From assembly GCA_963708075.1 (NCBI GenBank), contig OY970194.1, forward strand, positions 3,296,001 to 3,360,000: a stretch of 64,000 bases of DNA, read 5' to 3'. A program made the translations under genes and the position numbers. Positions 46,556 to 56,199 of the stretch are shown here, piece by piece. Origin of the DNA: Sedimentisphaerales bacterium. Its GTDB lineage: Bacteria > Planctomycetota > Phycisphaerae > Sedimentisphaerales > Anaerobacaceae. The notes beneath the pieces are model-generated. The model saw only the letters and a program-made list of their open reading frames with translations, was not told the origin of the DNA and searched no databases. Numbering within the stretch: position 1 is the first letter of the stretch; the number at the start of each line of letters is the position of its first letter.

Positions 46556-46594
46556 ACGTATGGCCGCCGGTTGTTGGCCGCCGATAATCTCCGT

Positions 46595-47059
46595 CTATTC
46601 ATTGAAGAAGTTCTCAGGCCACAAGAACTCGGGCAAATACTGCCTAATCAACACGGATGCCCAATCATACCCTCTCTTTTCCAGCTCCCTGACGAAATAG
46701 GGCCATGGTGGGATATTGCTCATATAGACGTCCGCAGAGGACGTGGACATACCCCCACCTTGGGACGTCGACAAACCTCCATACTGGGAAGTCGATAAGC
46801 CGCCGTATTGTGACGTAGACAAACCGCCATACTGAGATGTCGAAAGTCCGCCGTATTGAGACGTAGACAGTCCTCCGTACTGAGAAGTGGACATTCCTCC
46901 ATACTGCGATGTGGATAGACCGCCATATTGAGACGTAGAGGCACCTCCATACTGGGAAGTGGACATACCACCGTACTGCGCCGTGGAGAGTCCTCCGCCT
47001 TGGCTGGTACTCAGGTTCCGAGGCCAGGTTCGCATGTTTGGTATGATTAGCCGACTCAT
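46595..47059 (-). CDS. Octapeptide-repeat protein (11 x [LMA]STSQYGG-type units); gene cassette
   Basis: GAGGAG RBS; 24-nt coding repeats at 46751-47014; C-terminal YMSNIPPWPYFVRELEKRG. Confidence 0.82.
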   Translation of the reverse strand: MSRLIIPNMRTWPRNLSTSQGGGLSTAQYGGMSTSQYGGASTSQYGGLSTSQYGGMSTSQYGGLSTSQYGGLSTSQYGGLSTSQYGGLSTSQYGGLSTSQGGGMSTSSADVYMSNIPPWPYFVRELEKRGYDWASVLIRQYLPEFLWPENFFNE

Positions 47060-47491
47060 GGTTTGTTCTCCTCTGTCCGGCCCTCTGCATCCTGATGGGA
47101 GGACATTGTTCCTCTGGCTAACAATAATTAGATGGCCCCGCATAAGATGCGGGAATCCTCGTTTCGGTCCGTATAAGACGCCACCGGATTTCCTATCGAA
47201 GGCGAGATAAAGCCTGCTCTGCCAATCAGTTGCCGTTGTCTCAAGCGCTTATCACCGTCTGTTGTGCAGGTCGTCTCTTGCGCTGCCACCATGCGATTCT
47301 CTCCAACTGTCGCTCGCGATTGTAGCCTGCCCTGTCGGATAGGTCAAGCGGGCAGGCGGCGATATCCGGTTCCGCCGTCCTGTTTACGCTTTCAGGAGAA
47401 AGAGGGGCATCGGGCGGGCCAGAGGCAAGGCCGGGCAGGGTGAGGAGGGCACGCGAACGATGCAAGTCTTCGGCCGGAATATGGCTTGGCA

Positions 47492-48209
47492 TCACGCACT
47501 GCCCTTGGAGGCGAAGTACATCTTGTGCAGGAGGGGGCCGTGGCTGTGGATTGTCGGGCGCCTGCTCGGCGATGAAGGTGTCGATAGCCTTCGTGGCGCC
47601 GCGGAAGACTTCGTTCGCGTAGTCGTCAAATACACAGCAGCCGCCGGGGGAAAGGCGGGGCCAGATCGTTCTGGCCGCATAGAGCATGCTGTCGTGCAGG
47701 TCGCAGTCGATGAAGGCGAACGCGAACGGGCCGGGCAACGACTCAAGTGTCTCCTGGAACAGGCCCTCGACCAGGGTAATCTGTTCAGCCACGCCCAGGC
47801 GCTCGATCTTGCGCCGGACATACCGCAGATCGTTCTCCGTGAAGTCGCCGGCGCCTGGAGCGTCGCCCTGTTGACGCTCTCTGGCGAACTCCGCGGGATC
47901 AAAGCCGCGGAAGGTGTCGCATGCGTAGATTTGCTTGTTGCAGCCTCGTTCCCGCAGGTACCTGGCCATCAGGACAGTGGTGCCGCAGAGGAAACAGCCG
48001 CACTCAATGACGTCACCCGGGATACTGAGCGTCATCTCCAGTCGCCATAGCAGCGCCTCGACCTCCTCGTCGCACGTCAGGCTCTGCTCGTATCTCACCA
48101 TGTCCGTGGCATACAGAGAAGGAAAACGCAGCAGCAGCTCTCGTTTGAAGCGTCGCCGCCACAGAGGTGGAAGACACCCGCCCAGACTTCGTACGATTCT
48201 CCCGTTCAT
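47492..48209 (-). pseudogene. TylF/MycF-like class I SAM-dependent O-methyltransferase with a probable frameshift near the 3' end (~47557)
   Basis: PGDVIECG, ACDTFRGF, GLFQETL, FIDCD, LSPGG..VFDDY; an extra C switches off the plausible C-terminus TIHSHGPLLHKMYFASKGSA*. Confidence 0.7.
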
Positions 48210-48307
48210 TCTGCCAGTTTTCCTGCATCCGCCGGCAATGTCAAGCAAATCCTGGCGGGAGGACGTAACCGCTTCAATCCCGGCCCCGGGGCCTGTACAA
48301 TAGTGAC

Positions 48308-51300
48308 ATGAACAAAAGACACGATCGTAATTCCATCCGGAGGCCGATGCTCGGCGTTGTTGCCCTCCTCGGCTTCGCATTCGTAATTGCCCCTTGTTCT
48401 CAGGCCGCCGCAGGAAACGGCCAGTCGCCGCCTCGGCGATTCTTGTCCCCTTCGGTCGAGGAGATCCTCAAGCTCTGGCGCGATCCGCCGCGGGTGTGCA
48501 GCCAGGCGCCGTTCTGGTTCTGGAACGGGCCGCTCGATCCGAACACGATGCGCGAGCAGGTTCGCATGATGGCGGACAAGGGCGTGCATGCCGCCCTGCC
48601 CCACCCACGATTCGGCATGGATCGGCGACTTTACCTGGAAGAACCCTTCTGGAAAGCGATGGACGCGACAATCGACGAGGCGCAGAAAGTCGGCTCCTCG
48701 ATCTGGCTCTATGACGAGTATAACTGGCCCAGCGGCGGCGCGGGCGGCCGCGTCACCGACGGCCACCCCGAGTTCTACCCTCGCGGCCTCGATTACACGT
48801 TCGTGGACTGCGAGGGCCCGCGTGACTTTGCGATCAGCAAACCTGAGGCATCCGAGCCGGTGATGGAACGTTTCGAACGGATCGTGGCCGGCTTCATCGG
48901 CCCCGCAGGCGATGCCGTTCCGCGCGAGCCGTGGGGTGAGGTCCAACCGAATGGCGAATCTATCACGGGCCCAGTGCCTGCCGGGCGACATCGCATTCTC
49001 ATCTTTTCCCGTTGCCTCGGCCGCAATCCCAGCCCGCTCGACGACGGCAGTAACTCCATGATCGATTACCTGCGCCCGGAGCCCACGCGACGATTCATCG
49101 AGCTGACCCACGAGCAGTACGCCAAGCGCTACGATCGGCTCTTCGGCAAGCAGATTCCCGCGATCTTCTATGATGAGCCGAGCACGATGGCTCCCGCGCC
49201 CTTCCCGTGGACGTTTGGGTTCGCGGACATCTTTCGTGAGCGGCGAGGATTCGACTTGATCGCAAAACTGCCCGCCTTGCTGGATGACTCCTTTCCCGAC
49301 GCCGGCCCAGTCCGAGCCGCTTATTGGCAGACGGTTTCCGAGCGATTCAACGAGTGCTTCTTCGATCAGCTCGCCCAATGGTGCCGCGAGCACGGCTTGC
49401 CGCTGACCGGCCACTGCTACGAGGAGAACATCACCCACTACACCAATTCGCCGCACCTGATGGAGCAGCTTCGCCGAGTGGATTGGCCGGGCTTCGATGC
49501 CCTCGGCACGCGGGCCCGCCCCGCCGCCGTCAAGATCCCCGTCTCCGTGACACACATCGAAGACCGCGAGGAAGTGATTTGCGAAGCACTCGGCCTGGCG
49601 GGCGGTTGGAACTGCACGCTCGACATGCTCCGCGGCGGATACAATCAGCTCGCCTGCCTCGGCGCCACCACCTTCATCCCGCACGCCTTCTTCCAGACCG
49701 TGGAGAACCCGCGCGTCGAATGTCCCCCGAGCTTCTTCTACCAGAATCCCTACTGGAAGTACTACGACCGCCTGACCGCCCTGACGAGTCGGCTGTCACT
49801 GTTCAATCGCATCGGCCGCCACGTCGCCCCGGCGCTCGTGTACTATCCGATCGAGTCCCTGTGGATGGACTCTGCCGGCGGCAAGGGTCGGCGGAGTTTC
49901 CCCTGGCAGCACACCACGCTCGGCAACAAGGGGGCCGAAGCCACCATCAACGGCTTCAACGACCTCGTCGACGGACTCTTCAACAACCTCTGGGACGTGG
50001 ATGTCGTCGATGGCAAAGCCCTGGACAGCGCCCGCATCATGCAAACCGAGACAGGCCCGCATATCGCCATCGGCCACGAGAACTACCGAGTGCTCCTCTT
50101 CCCACCCGTGCGAGCCGTCGCCCCCTCGGCGTTGCGCATCGCAGCGGACTTTGCCAAAGCCGGCGGTACCGTCATCTGGACCGGCCGATTACCCGAGACC
50201 ACGTGGCCCACGATGCCAAATGCGGAATTCGGAATGCGGAGTGCGGAATGCTTCGAGGACTCTCATGGGACAGACCACGTAAGCCGCATTGGTGCCGGGA
50301 CAGCGGCGTTCTTCGCGAAGCCCCAGGACGCGATCAAGGGCCTCCCGCAACTGGCAAAGCCGGACATTGTTATCGAGTCCGGTGACGGCAAGGGGCTGCT
50401 CGTCAGCCATCGGCGCACCGAATCCGCCGACCTCTATCTCTGTTTCAACGATTCGGATCAAGCGTTGAGTTGCACGCTGGTTCTGCCGCACGCTCACAAA
50501 TCCACTGCATGGCTTCGGCTGGACTCCGAGACAGGACAAATGAATGAGCTGACCGCTCCGGCTCTTGACCTGCCGCCACATGCCTCTGCCGTGCTCCTGT
50601 GCACTTCGCACGTAGGGTGGGGCTTGCCCCACCGCGACACCACCGACGGGCCGAAGACCAGCGTGCAATTGGAGGGTCCATGGACGATTCAGGTCGTCGG
50701 CAACGCCCTTGATGAGACTTGGAATCCATCGCCGGGCGAGACGATTGTTGAGTTGCCCACCTTCCGGCACCGCGCTCGCGAGTTTCAGCGTCACCCTGGC
50801 TGGGAACAGCGGGACTACAATGACAGCGGCTGGGAACGGGTCTACGCCGTGCGTGACCAGGCACTCTTCGTGCACACCTCGCCCGCCCTGCTGCGAGGCA
50901 TGCTCCCGCCCGGCGCCAGGGCCATCGAGTCGCCGTTGCCCGTCACGGGCGAATACGTCCTGTATGTGAACGGGACCGAGATGGAAAAGCGTCTCACCCC
51001 AACGTCTCAGAGCGGAAAGATCGACATCTCGAAGGCGACCAGAGGTATCGGCGACGTGATTGCCGTCGAGACAACCTCGCACAGCGGCCCGGCCGGCCTG
51101 ACCGGCCCGCTGCGCGTTGTCTGCGGCCCCGTGCATGTAGATAAGCTCGAGCCATGGTCACAGTGGAACATCCCCTGGTACACTGGCCGAGTCCTCTATC
51201 GAACTCGCTTGAATATCGCCGAACAAGCCCACGGCGGCCGCGTCTTCCTCGACCTCGGCCAGGTCCAGCACTACGTGGAAGTCTGGCTCAACGGCAAGCT

Positions 51301-51499
51301 GGTCGGCTGCCTGCTCTGGCCACCCTACCGAATCGAACTGACAGATCATCTGAGCCAGGGCGCTAACGAGCTTGTCCTCGTAGTTGCCAACTCCGTCGCG
51401 AACCGTTTTGCCTGGGACCAATGGGGCACGCGCGGCACGGCAAAGCCTGAGCCGTCAGGCATTCTCGGACCTGTAACACTGCTCACCTCGCAGAAATGA
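48308..51499 (+). CDS. Large secreted glycoside hydrolase (GH106/alpha-L-rhamnosidase-like) with C-terminal GH2-type sugar-binding domain
   Basis: Signal peptide; PFWFWNG, WLYDEYNWPSG, FYDEP, LTGH; C-terminal LDLGQV..EVWLNG..WPPY..G.NEL..PSGILGPV. Confidence 0.75.
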   Translation: MNKRHDRNSIRRPMLGVVALLGFAFVIAPCSQAAAGNGQSPPRRFLSPSVEEILKLWRDPPRVCSQAPFWFWNGPLDPNTMREQVRMMADKGVHAALPHPRFGMDRRLYLEEPFWKAMDATIDEAQKVGSSIWLYDEYNWPSGGAGGRVTDGHPEFYPRGLDYTFVDCEGPRDFAISKPEASEPVMERFERIVAGFIGPAGDAVPREPWGEVQPNGESITGPVPAGRHRILIFSRCLGRNPSPLDDGSNSMIDYLRPEPTRRFIELTHEQYAKRYDRLFGKQIPAIFYDEPSTMAPAPFPWTFGFADIFRERRGFDLIAKLPALLDDSFPDAGPVRAAYWQTVSERFNECFFDQLAQWCREHGLPLTGHCYEENITHYTNSPHLMEQLRRVDWPGFDALGTRARPAAVKIPVSVTHIEDREEVICEALGLAGGWNCTLDMLRGGYNQLACLGATTFIPHAFFQTVENPRVECPPSFFYQNPYWKYYDRLTALTSRLSLFNRIGRHVAPALVYYPIESLWMDSAGGKGRRSFPWQHTTLGNKGAEATINGFNDLVDGLFNNLWDVDVVDGKALDSARIMQTETGPHIAIGHENYRVLLFPPVRAVAPSALRIAADFAKAGGTVIWTGRLPETTWPTMPNAEFGMRSAECFEDSHGTDHVSRIGAGTAAFFAKPQDAIKGLPQLAKPDIVIESGDGKGLLVSHRRTESADLYLCFNDSDQALSCTLVLPHAHKSTAWLRLDSETGQMNELTAPALDLPPHASAVLLCTSHVGWGLPHRDTTDGPKTSVQLEGPWTIQVVGNALDETWNPSPGETIVELPTFRHRAREFQRHPGWEQRDYNDSGWERVYAVRDQALFVHTSPALLRGMLPPGARAIESPLPVTGEYVLYVNGTEMEKRLTPTSQSGKIDISKATRGIGDVIAVETTSHSGPAGLTGPLRVVCGPVHVDKLEPWSQWNIPWYTGRVLYRTRLNIAEQAHGGRVFLDLGQVQHYVEVWLNGKLVGCLLWPPYRIELTDHLSQGANELVLVVANSVANRFAWDQWGTRGTAKPEPSGILGPVTLLTSQK
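50213..50251. repeat. Single arm of the heptamer repeat, in frame
   Basis: atgccaa atgcgga attcgga atgcgga gtgcgga atgc; encodes MPNAEFGMRSAEC. Confidence 0.75.
50612..50633. repeat. GTAG-type REP hairpin inside coding sequence
   Basis: GTAG-GGTGGGGC-TT-GCCCCACC; encodes VGWGLPH. Confidence 0.7.
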
Positions 51500-51666
51500 G
51501 CCCGCGACAGGCCGTCCCAACAGCCCATGCCCGACACAACAGATAGAGACACAGGATTCTACGTCTCCACCGTATTTGCCTCACTCGCACGAATATGTTA
51601 AGATAGAGAAGCCATTCGGGGCGAACCGGGTTCGTCCGAAATCCACACAGGCATGATCGGAAATGG

Positions 51667-54600
51667 GTGTTGTCGGAGTTCGTGAGGCTGAGGATGCAGA
51701 AGGTCAAGGGAATTGGGGATTTCGGATTGCGGATTGCGGATTGTGGGTTCGAATCGACGCGCGCTGTCAATCCGCCATCCGCAATCCGCAATCCGCAATG
51801 GAGACTGCCTGTCGCGACACTGGCTTTGTGCGTTCTACTTCTTGCCCCTGGAATCTACGGTGCACCTGCGTCTGAGCCCAACATATTCGTGGTGATCAAC
51901 GAGATTTTGGCCGACAACGGCACGTCCGGGCGTGATCCCCAAAATCAGTCTGACGATTGGATCGAGTTGTACAATGGCGGCGACAGCCCCATCGACCTCG
52001 GCGGGATGTATCTGACCGACGACCTCTCTATCCCGACAAAGTGGCAAATTCCCGTGAATGCGCCGGCCGCCACCACGATTGCGGCTCATGGCTACCTGCT
52101 GATCTGGGCGGACGGCGACACGGCCGATGCCGGCCTGCACGCCGGCTTTCGGCTCAGTGCCGATGGCGAGCAGATCGGCCTCTTCGCCGCCGACGGGACG
52201 ACCCAGATCGACGGTTTCTCCTTCGATGAACAAAGCGTCGACATCTCCTATGGTCGGTACCCGGACGGGGACCCGAACCTGCAACTGCTGAGCCCGCCGA
52301 CGCCGGGGATCGGCAACGTCATCATCTATCAGGGCATTGCAGAGGAACCACAGATCAGCCCCGCAAGTTGCCTGATCACGACTCCCGTCACCGTCACGAT
52401 CACCACGCCGATCGACGGGGCGGAGATCTACTACACGACTGATGGCACCGAGCCGTTCAGCGTCGGCAGAGGCCGGCCCCTGGGCTCCATCTACGCGGGT
52501 CCCATCCGCATCGGCAGAACGGCGACCCTCAAAGCGATCGCATGGCGGCCGGGATGGAAGGAGAGCCAGACCCGCACGGAACGGTACGTCTTCATCGGCG
52601 CCGACCTCCGCAACTTCAGCTCGCCGCTGCCGATTGCCGTAGTGGACACCATGAGCAAGGGGGTCTCCAGGCCGCAGGTGCCGGCCTACGGCTACTTCTT
52701 CAACACCGATGAGACGGGTCGGGCCATTATCGCCGAGGAAATTGACTTCGCCGGCAGAGCGGCCATCAACATACGAGGCCAGAGTTCGGGAGGCTTCCCC
52801 AAGCGACAGTACCACTTCGAGACGTGGGACGAGCGCAACAAGGACAGGAGCGTCTCGATCCTCGGTCTTCCGGCCGAGTCGGACTGGGTCCTCCAGGGAT
52901 CTTACTCGGATAAGTCCCTGATGCGCAACGTCCTGCCCTACCGGTGGAGCAACGACATCGGCCAATACGCCCCGCGCACGCGACTCATCGAGCTGTTCCT
53001 CAACACGAATGACGACACCATCGCCATGAGCGACTACGTGGGCGTGTATGTCCTCGTGGAGAAGATCAAGCTCGGCCCGGACCGCGTGGACGTCGGCGAG
53101 CCTCCCGCAGGCGGCGGATCGGCGATCACCGGTGGGTACATCATCAAGAAGGACAAGACCGAGGGCGGCGATGTGACATTTTCCACGAGCCGAGGCCAGA
53201 CCCTGGTCTATGCCGACCCCAACGGCTTTGATCTGTCCCAGCAGGAAAAGGACTGGATCAAGAACTTCGTCAACGCATTTGAGGCAGCGCTGTACGGGTA
53301 CAACTTCACGGACCCGGTGAACGGGTACGCGAAATTTATCGACGTAGACTCGTTCATCGATCATCACATCATCGTCGAGACGGCCAAGAACGTCGACGGT
53401 TTTCGTATCAGCACCTATATGTATATCGACCACGCCGGCAAACTGCACATGGGGCCCGTCTGGGACTACGACCTGTCCCTGGGCAATGCCGCCGGCTATT
53501 GGAACGACGGCTGGCTCCCGACCGGCTGGTATTTCAGCCATCTCGGCGACGGCGATTACCCCTACTGGCGGCGCCTGTTCCAGGATCCCGAGTTCAGGAT
53601 GCGCTACGCCGACCGGTGGTTCGAATTGCGAAGGGACCCGTTCACCACCAACCGTATGATGCAGATGATCGAGGACTACGCCACCATTCTGGATGAGCCG
53701 CAGGCGCGGAACTTCCAGCGATGGGCCATCCTCGGCATCTATGTCTGGCCGAACTGGTTCATCGCCAAGACCTGGCGAGAGGAAATCGACTGGATGAAAG
53801 GCTGGCTGACCGACCACCTCAAGTGGATGGACAGCCAGATCGCCATCGAGTTCGCACCGGCTCCGCCCTCCTTCAGCGTTCAGGGAGGCCATGTGACCCC
53901 AGGGCTCGCGCTCGCCATGAGCAGTACTGCCGGGACGATCTACTACACCCTGGACGGCTCGGACCCGCGGTCATCCGGTCAGCCGACCGGCGCGACGAAC
54001 ACGCTCCGCCTGGCGCCGGAGAACGCATCCAAGCGGGTGCTCGTCCCAACCGGGCCGGTCGCCGACGCATGGCGAGGCGGTGCGGCATTTGACGATGCCG
54101 CGTGGACACTCGTTACAGGCGGGCCCGGCGGCGTCGGATACGAGAGAGCTGCGGGGTACGAGAATTACATCACGTACGATGTCGGACCCCAAATGTACAA
54201 TATTGGGACCGGCTGTCTCGTGCGGATCGCCTTCCCGTTCCAGGGCAACACCACAGACGTAACCGCCATGACGCTGCGGGTCCGCTACGATGACGGGTTC
54301 ATTGCTTACCTCAACGGCGCCGAGATCGCCAGGCGGAATTCCCCGGGCGTGCCGGCGTGGAACTCGGCCGCCACGGCAATAAACGACGATGCCGCCGCGG
54401 TCAGTTTCGAGAACATCCCGGTCCTCAACTTCGCTCAGGCACTCAGGAAAGGCGATAATATCCTGGCGATCCACGCCCTGAACGAGTCCGCCGGGAGCTC
54501 GGATTTCCTGATCTCCGTCGAGCTCACAGCCGACGTGCTGACTCAGCAGGACACATCAGGGACACAGAAGTATGCGTCGCCCGTGCCCATCACACAGACT

Positions 54601-56199
54601 TCTCATGTCAAGGCAAGGGCGCTGAACGGGAGCAAATGGAGCGTGTTGAACGAGGCGGTCTTCGCCGTCGGGCCGTTGGCTCAGAGCCTGCGGATCAGCG
54701 AGATCATGTATCACCCACTTGAAACCGGCAGTCCCGACGATCCCAATACCGAGTTCATCGAGTTGACCAACATCGGCGCCGGGAGCATCAATCTGAACCT
54801 GGTCAAATTCGTCAATGGCGTCGATTTCACCTTCCCCAGCTACGATCTGGCACCGGGCGGCTATTGCATCGTCGTCAGGAATACGGCCGCGTTCCAAGCC
54901 AGGTACGGCTCGGAACTGCCGGTTGTGGGCCAATACGCGGGCAGCCTGGACAATGCGGGCGAGCGGATCGAGCTGCTCGATCCTGTGGGCACGGTCATTC
55001 ACGATTTCCGCTTCGAAGACAACTGGTTCGATATCACCGACGGGGTGGGCTTTTCTCTTACAGTGAACGACCCCCGGACAGCGGACCCGAATGCGTATGA
55101 TGACAAGAGTCTCTGGCGACCCAGCGCCAAGGCCGGCGGCTCGCCAGGAGCCGACGACAGCGGCCAGGTGCCTCCACCAGGGGCGGTGGTCATCAATGAG
55201 CTTCTGGCCAACTCGCAAGGCAGCGGCCCCGACTGGATCGAGTTGCACAATACGACCGGGCAGCCGATCGATATCGGAGGCTGGTTCCTCAGCGATGACG
55301 CGAATAACCTGACCAGGTATGAGATTGCCGCCGGCGTGGGCATCCCTGCCGGTGGATACGTGGTGTTCTACGAGAACCGGCACTTCGCCAGTGATGCCGA
55401 TCCCGGCAGCCATGAGTCCTTTGGCCTCAGTGCCGATGGCGAAACGCTTTATCTGCACTCCGGCTCGGCGGGCGTGCTGACCGGTTATAGCGAGCAGGAG
55501 GAATTCGACGCCTCCGAGGCGGGCGTGACTCTGGGCCGCTATGAAAAGAGCACGGGCGCATACAACTTTGTGGCCCTGAGTGAGCCTACCCCGGGCCAAG
55601 CCAACGCCGCTCCGCAGGTCGGGCCGGTGGTGATCAATGAGATCATGTACCATCCGGATACAACTGCCGATGCCGAGTATGTGGAGCTGCTCAACATCAG
55701 CAATGAGCCCGTGACGCTGTATGACGCAGAACAAGAGGCTCCCTGGCGATTCATCGCCGATGCGGGGATTGAGTTTCTGTTTCCCACGGACCCGCCCGTG
55801 ACGCTCGCTGCGGGCGAATACCTGCTATTGGTCAAAGACACAAGCCTGTTCAGCTCGAAATACACGGCCCCTGCCGGCGTGCAGGTCCTGGCCTGGAGTT
55901 TGGGCAATCTGGCGGATAGCGGCGGGAAACTCCAGCTCAACAAGCCCTGCAGCATGGACGAAGATGGCACACGTCATTGGATCCGCGTGGACCGCGTCGT
56001 CTACAGCGATGGTTCACACCCGCAGGATTTCACGGGCAATGCCGACCCCTGGCCGGCCCAGGCGGATGGCCAAGGCTCATCGCTGATCCGGACGGCAGCC
56101 GCCGCATATGGCAACGATCCGGACAACTGGCACACAGCAACGCCATCGCCCGGTCAGGCAATCGCCCTCACACCGCGCGGCCCAGGGCCCAACCGCTGA
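51667..56199 (+). CDS. Secreted lamin-tail-domain/CotH kinase multidomain protein (paralog of 19096..23001)
   Basis: VVINEILA..DWIELYN; YTTDGTEP; RGQSS..KRQY, DWVL, GPVWDYD; three further LTD-type repeats; start uncertain. Confidence 0.85.
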   Translation: MLSEFVRLRMQKVKGIGDFGLRIADCGFESTRAVNPPSAIRNPQWRLPVATLALCVLLLAPGIYGAPASEPNIFVVINEILADNGTSGRDPQNQSDDWIELYNGGDSPIDLGGMYLTDDLSIPTKWQIPVNAPAATTIAAHGYLLIWADGDTADAGLHAGFRLSADGEQIGLFAADGTTQIDGFSFDEQSVDISYGRYPDGDPNLQLLSPPTPGIGNVIIYQGIAEEPQISPASCLITTPVTVTITTPIDGAEIYYTTDGTEPFSVGRGRPLGSIYAGPIRIGRTATLKAIAWRPGWKESQTRTERYVFIGADLRNFSSPLPIAVVDTMSKGVSRPQVPAYGYFFNTDETGRAIIAEEIDFAGRAAINIRGQSSGGFPKRQYHFETWDERNKDRSVSILGLPAESDWVLQGSYSDKSLMRNVLPYRWSNDIGQYAPRTRLIELFLNTNDDTIAMSDYVGVYVLVEKIKLGPDRVDVGEPPAGGGSAITGGYIIKKDKTEGGDVTFSTSRGQTLVYADPNGFDLSQQEKDWIKNFVNAFEAALYGYNFTDPVNGYAKFIDVDSFIDHHIIVETAKNVDGFRISTYMYIDHAGKLHMGPVWDYDLSLGNAAGYWNDGWLPTGWYFSHLGDGDYPYWRRLFQDPEFRMRYADRWFELRRDPFTTNRMMQMIEDYATILDEPQARNFQRWAILGIYVWPNWFIAKTWREEIDWMKGWLTDHLKWMDSQIAIEFAPAPPSFSVQGGHVTPGLALAMSSTAGTIYYTLDGSDPRSSGQPTGATNTLRLAPENASKRVLVPTGPVADAWRGGAAFDDAAWTLVTGGPGGVGYERAAGYENYITYDVGPQMYNIGTGCLVRIAFPFQGNTTDVTAMTLRVRYDDGFIAYLNGAEIARRNSPGVPAWNSAATAINDDAAAVSFENIPVLNFAQALRKGDNILAIHALNESAGSSDFLISVELTADVLTQQDTSGTQKYASPVPITQTSHVKARALNGSKWSVLNEAVFAVGPLAQSLRISEIMYHPLETGSPDDPNTEFIELTNIGAGSINLNLVKFVNGVDFTFPSYDLAPGGYCIVVRNTAAFQARYGSELPVVGQYAGSLDNAGERIELLDPVGTVIHDFRFEDNWFDITDGVGFSLTVNDPRTADPNAYDDKSLWRPSAKAGGSPGADDSGQVPPPGAVVINELLANSQGSGPDWIELHNTTGQPIDIGGWFLSDDANNLTRYEIAAGVGIPAGGYVVFYENRHFASDADPGSHESFGLSADGETLYLHSGSAGVLTGYSEQEEFDASEAGVTLGRYEKSTGAYNFVALSEPTPGQANAAPQVGPVVINEIMYHPDTTADAEYVELLNISNEPVTLYDAEQEAPWRFIADAGIEFLFPTDPPVTLAAGEYLLLVKDTSLFSSKYTAPAGVQVLAWSLGNLADSGGKLQLNKPCSMDEDGTRHWIRVDRVVYSDGSHPQDFTGNADPWPAQADGQGSSLIRTAAAAYGNDPDNWHTATPSPGQAIALTPRGPGPNR
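51712..51799. repeat. Heptamer-period inverted repeat at the 5' end of the CotH gene
   Basis: attgggg atttcgg (attgcgg)2 attgtgg, spacer, aatccgc catccgc (aatccgc)2 aat. Confidence 0.88.

Noticed and set aside
46751..47014. 24-nt repeats as a CRISPR array
   Set aside because: Units are contiguous with no spacers, vary at synonymous codon positions, and no cas genes are present.
47241..47491. C-terminal extension of the methyltransferase, or an integron integrase remnant
   Set aside because: The extension looks like frameshift read-through; no tyrosine recombinase motifs seen.
51835..53892. Long antisense ORFs (this 685-aa one and similar ones such as 48206..49684 and 20395..21582)
   Set aside because: Shadows of real genes on the opposite strand, expected in high-GC DNA; no motifs.
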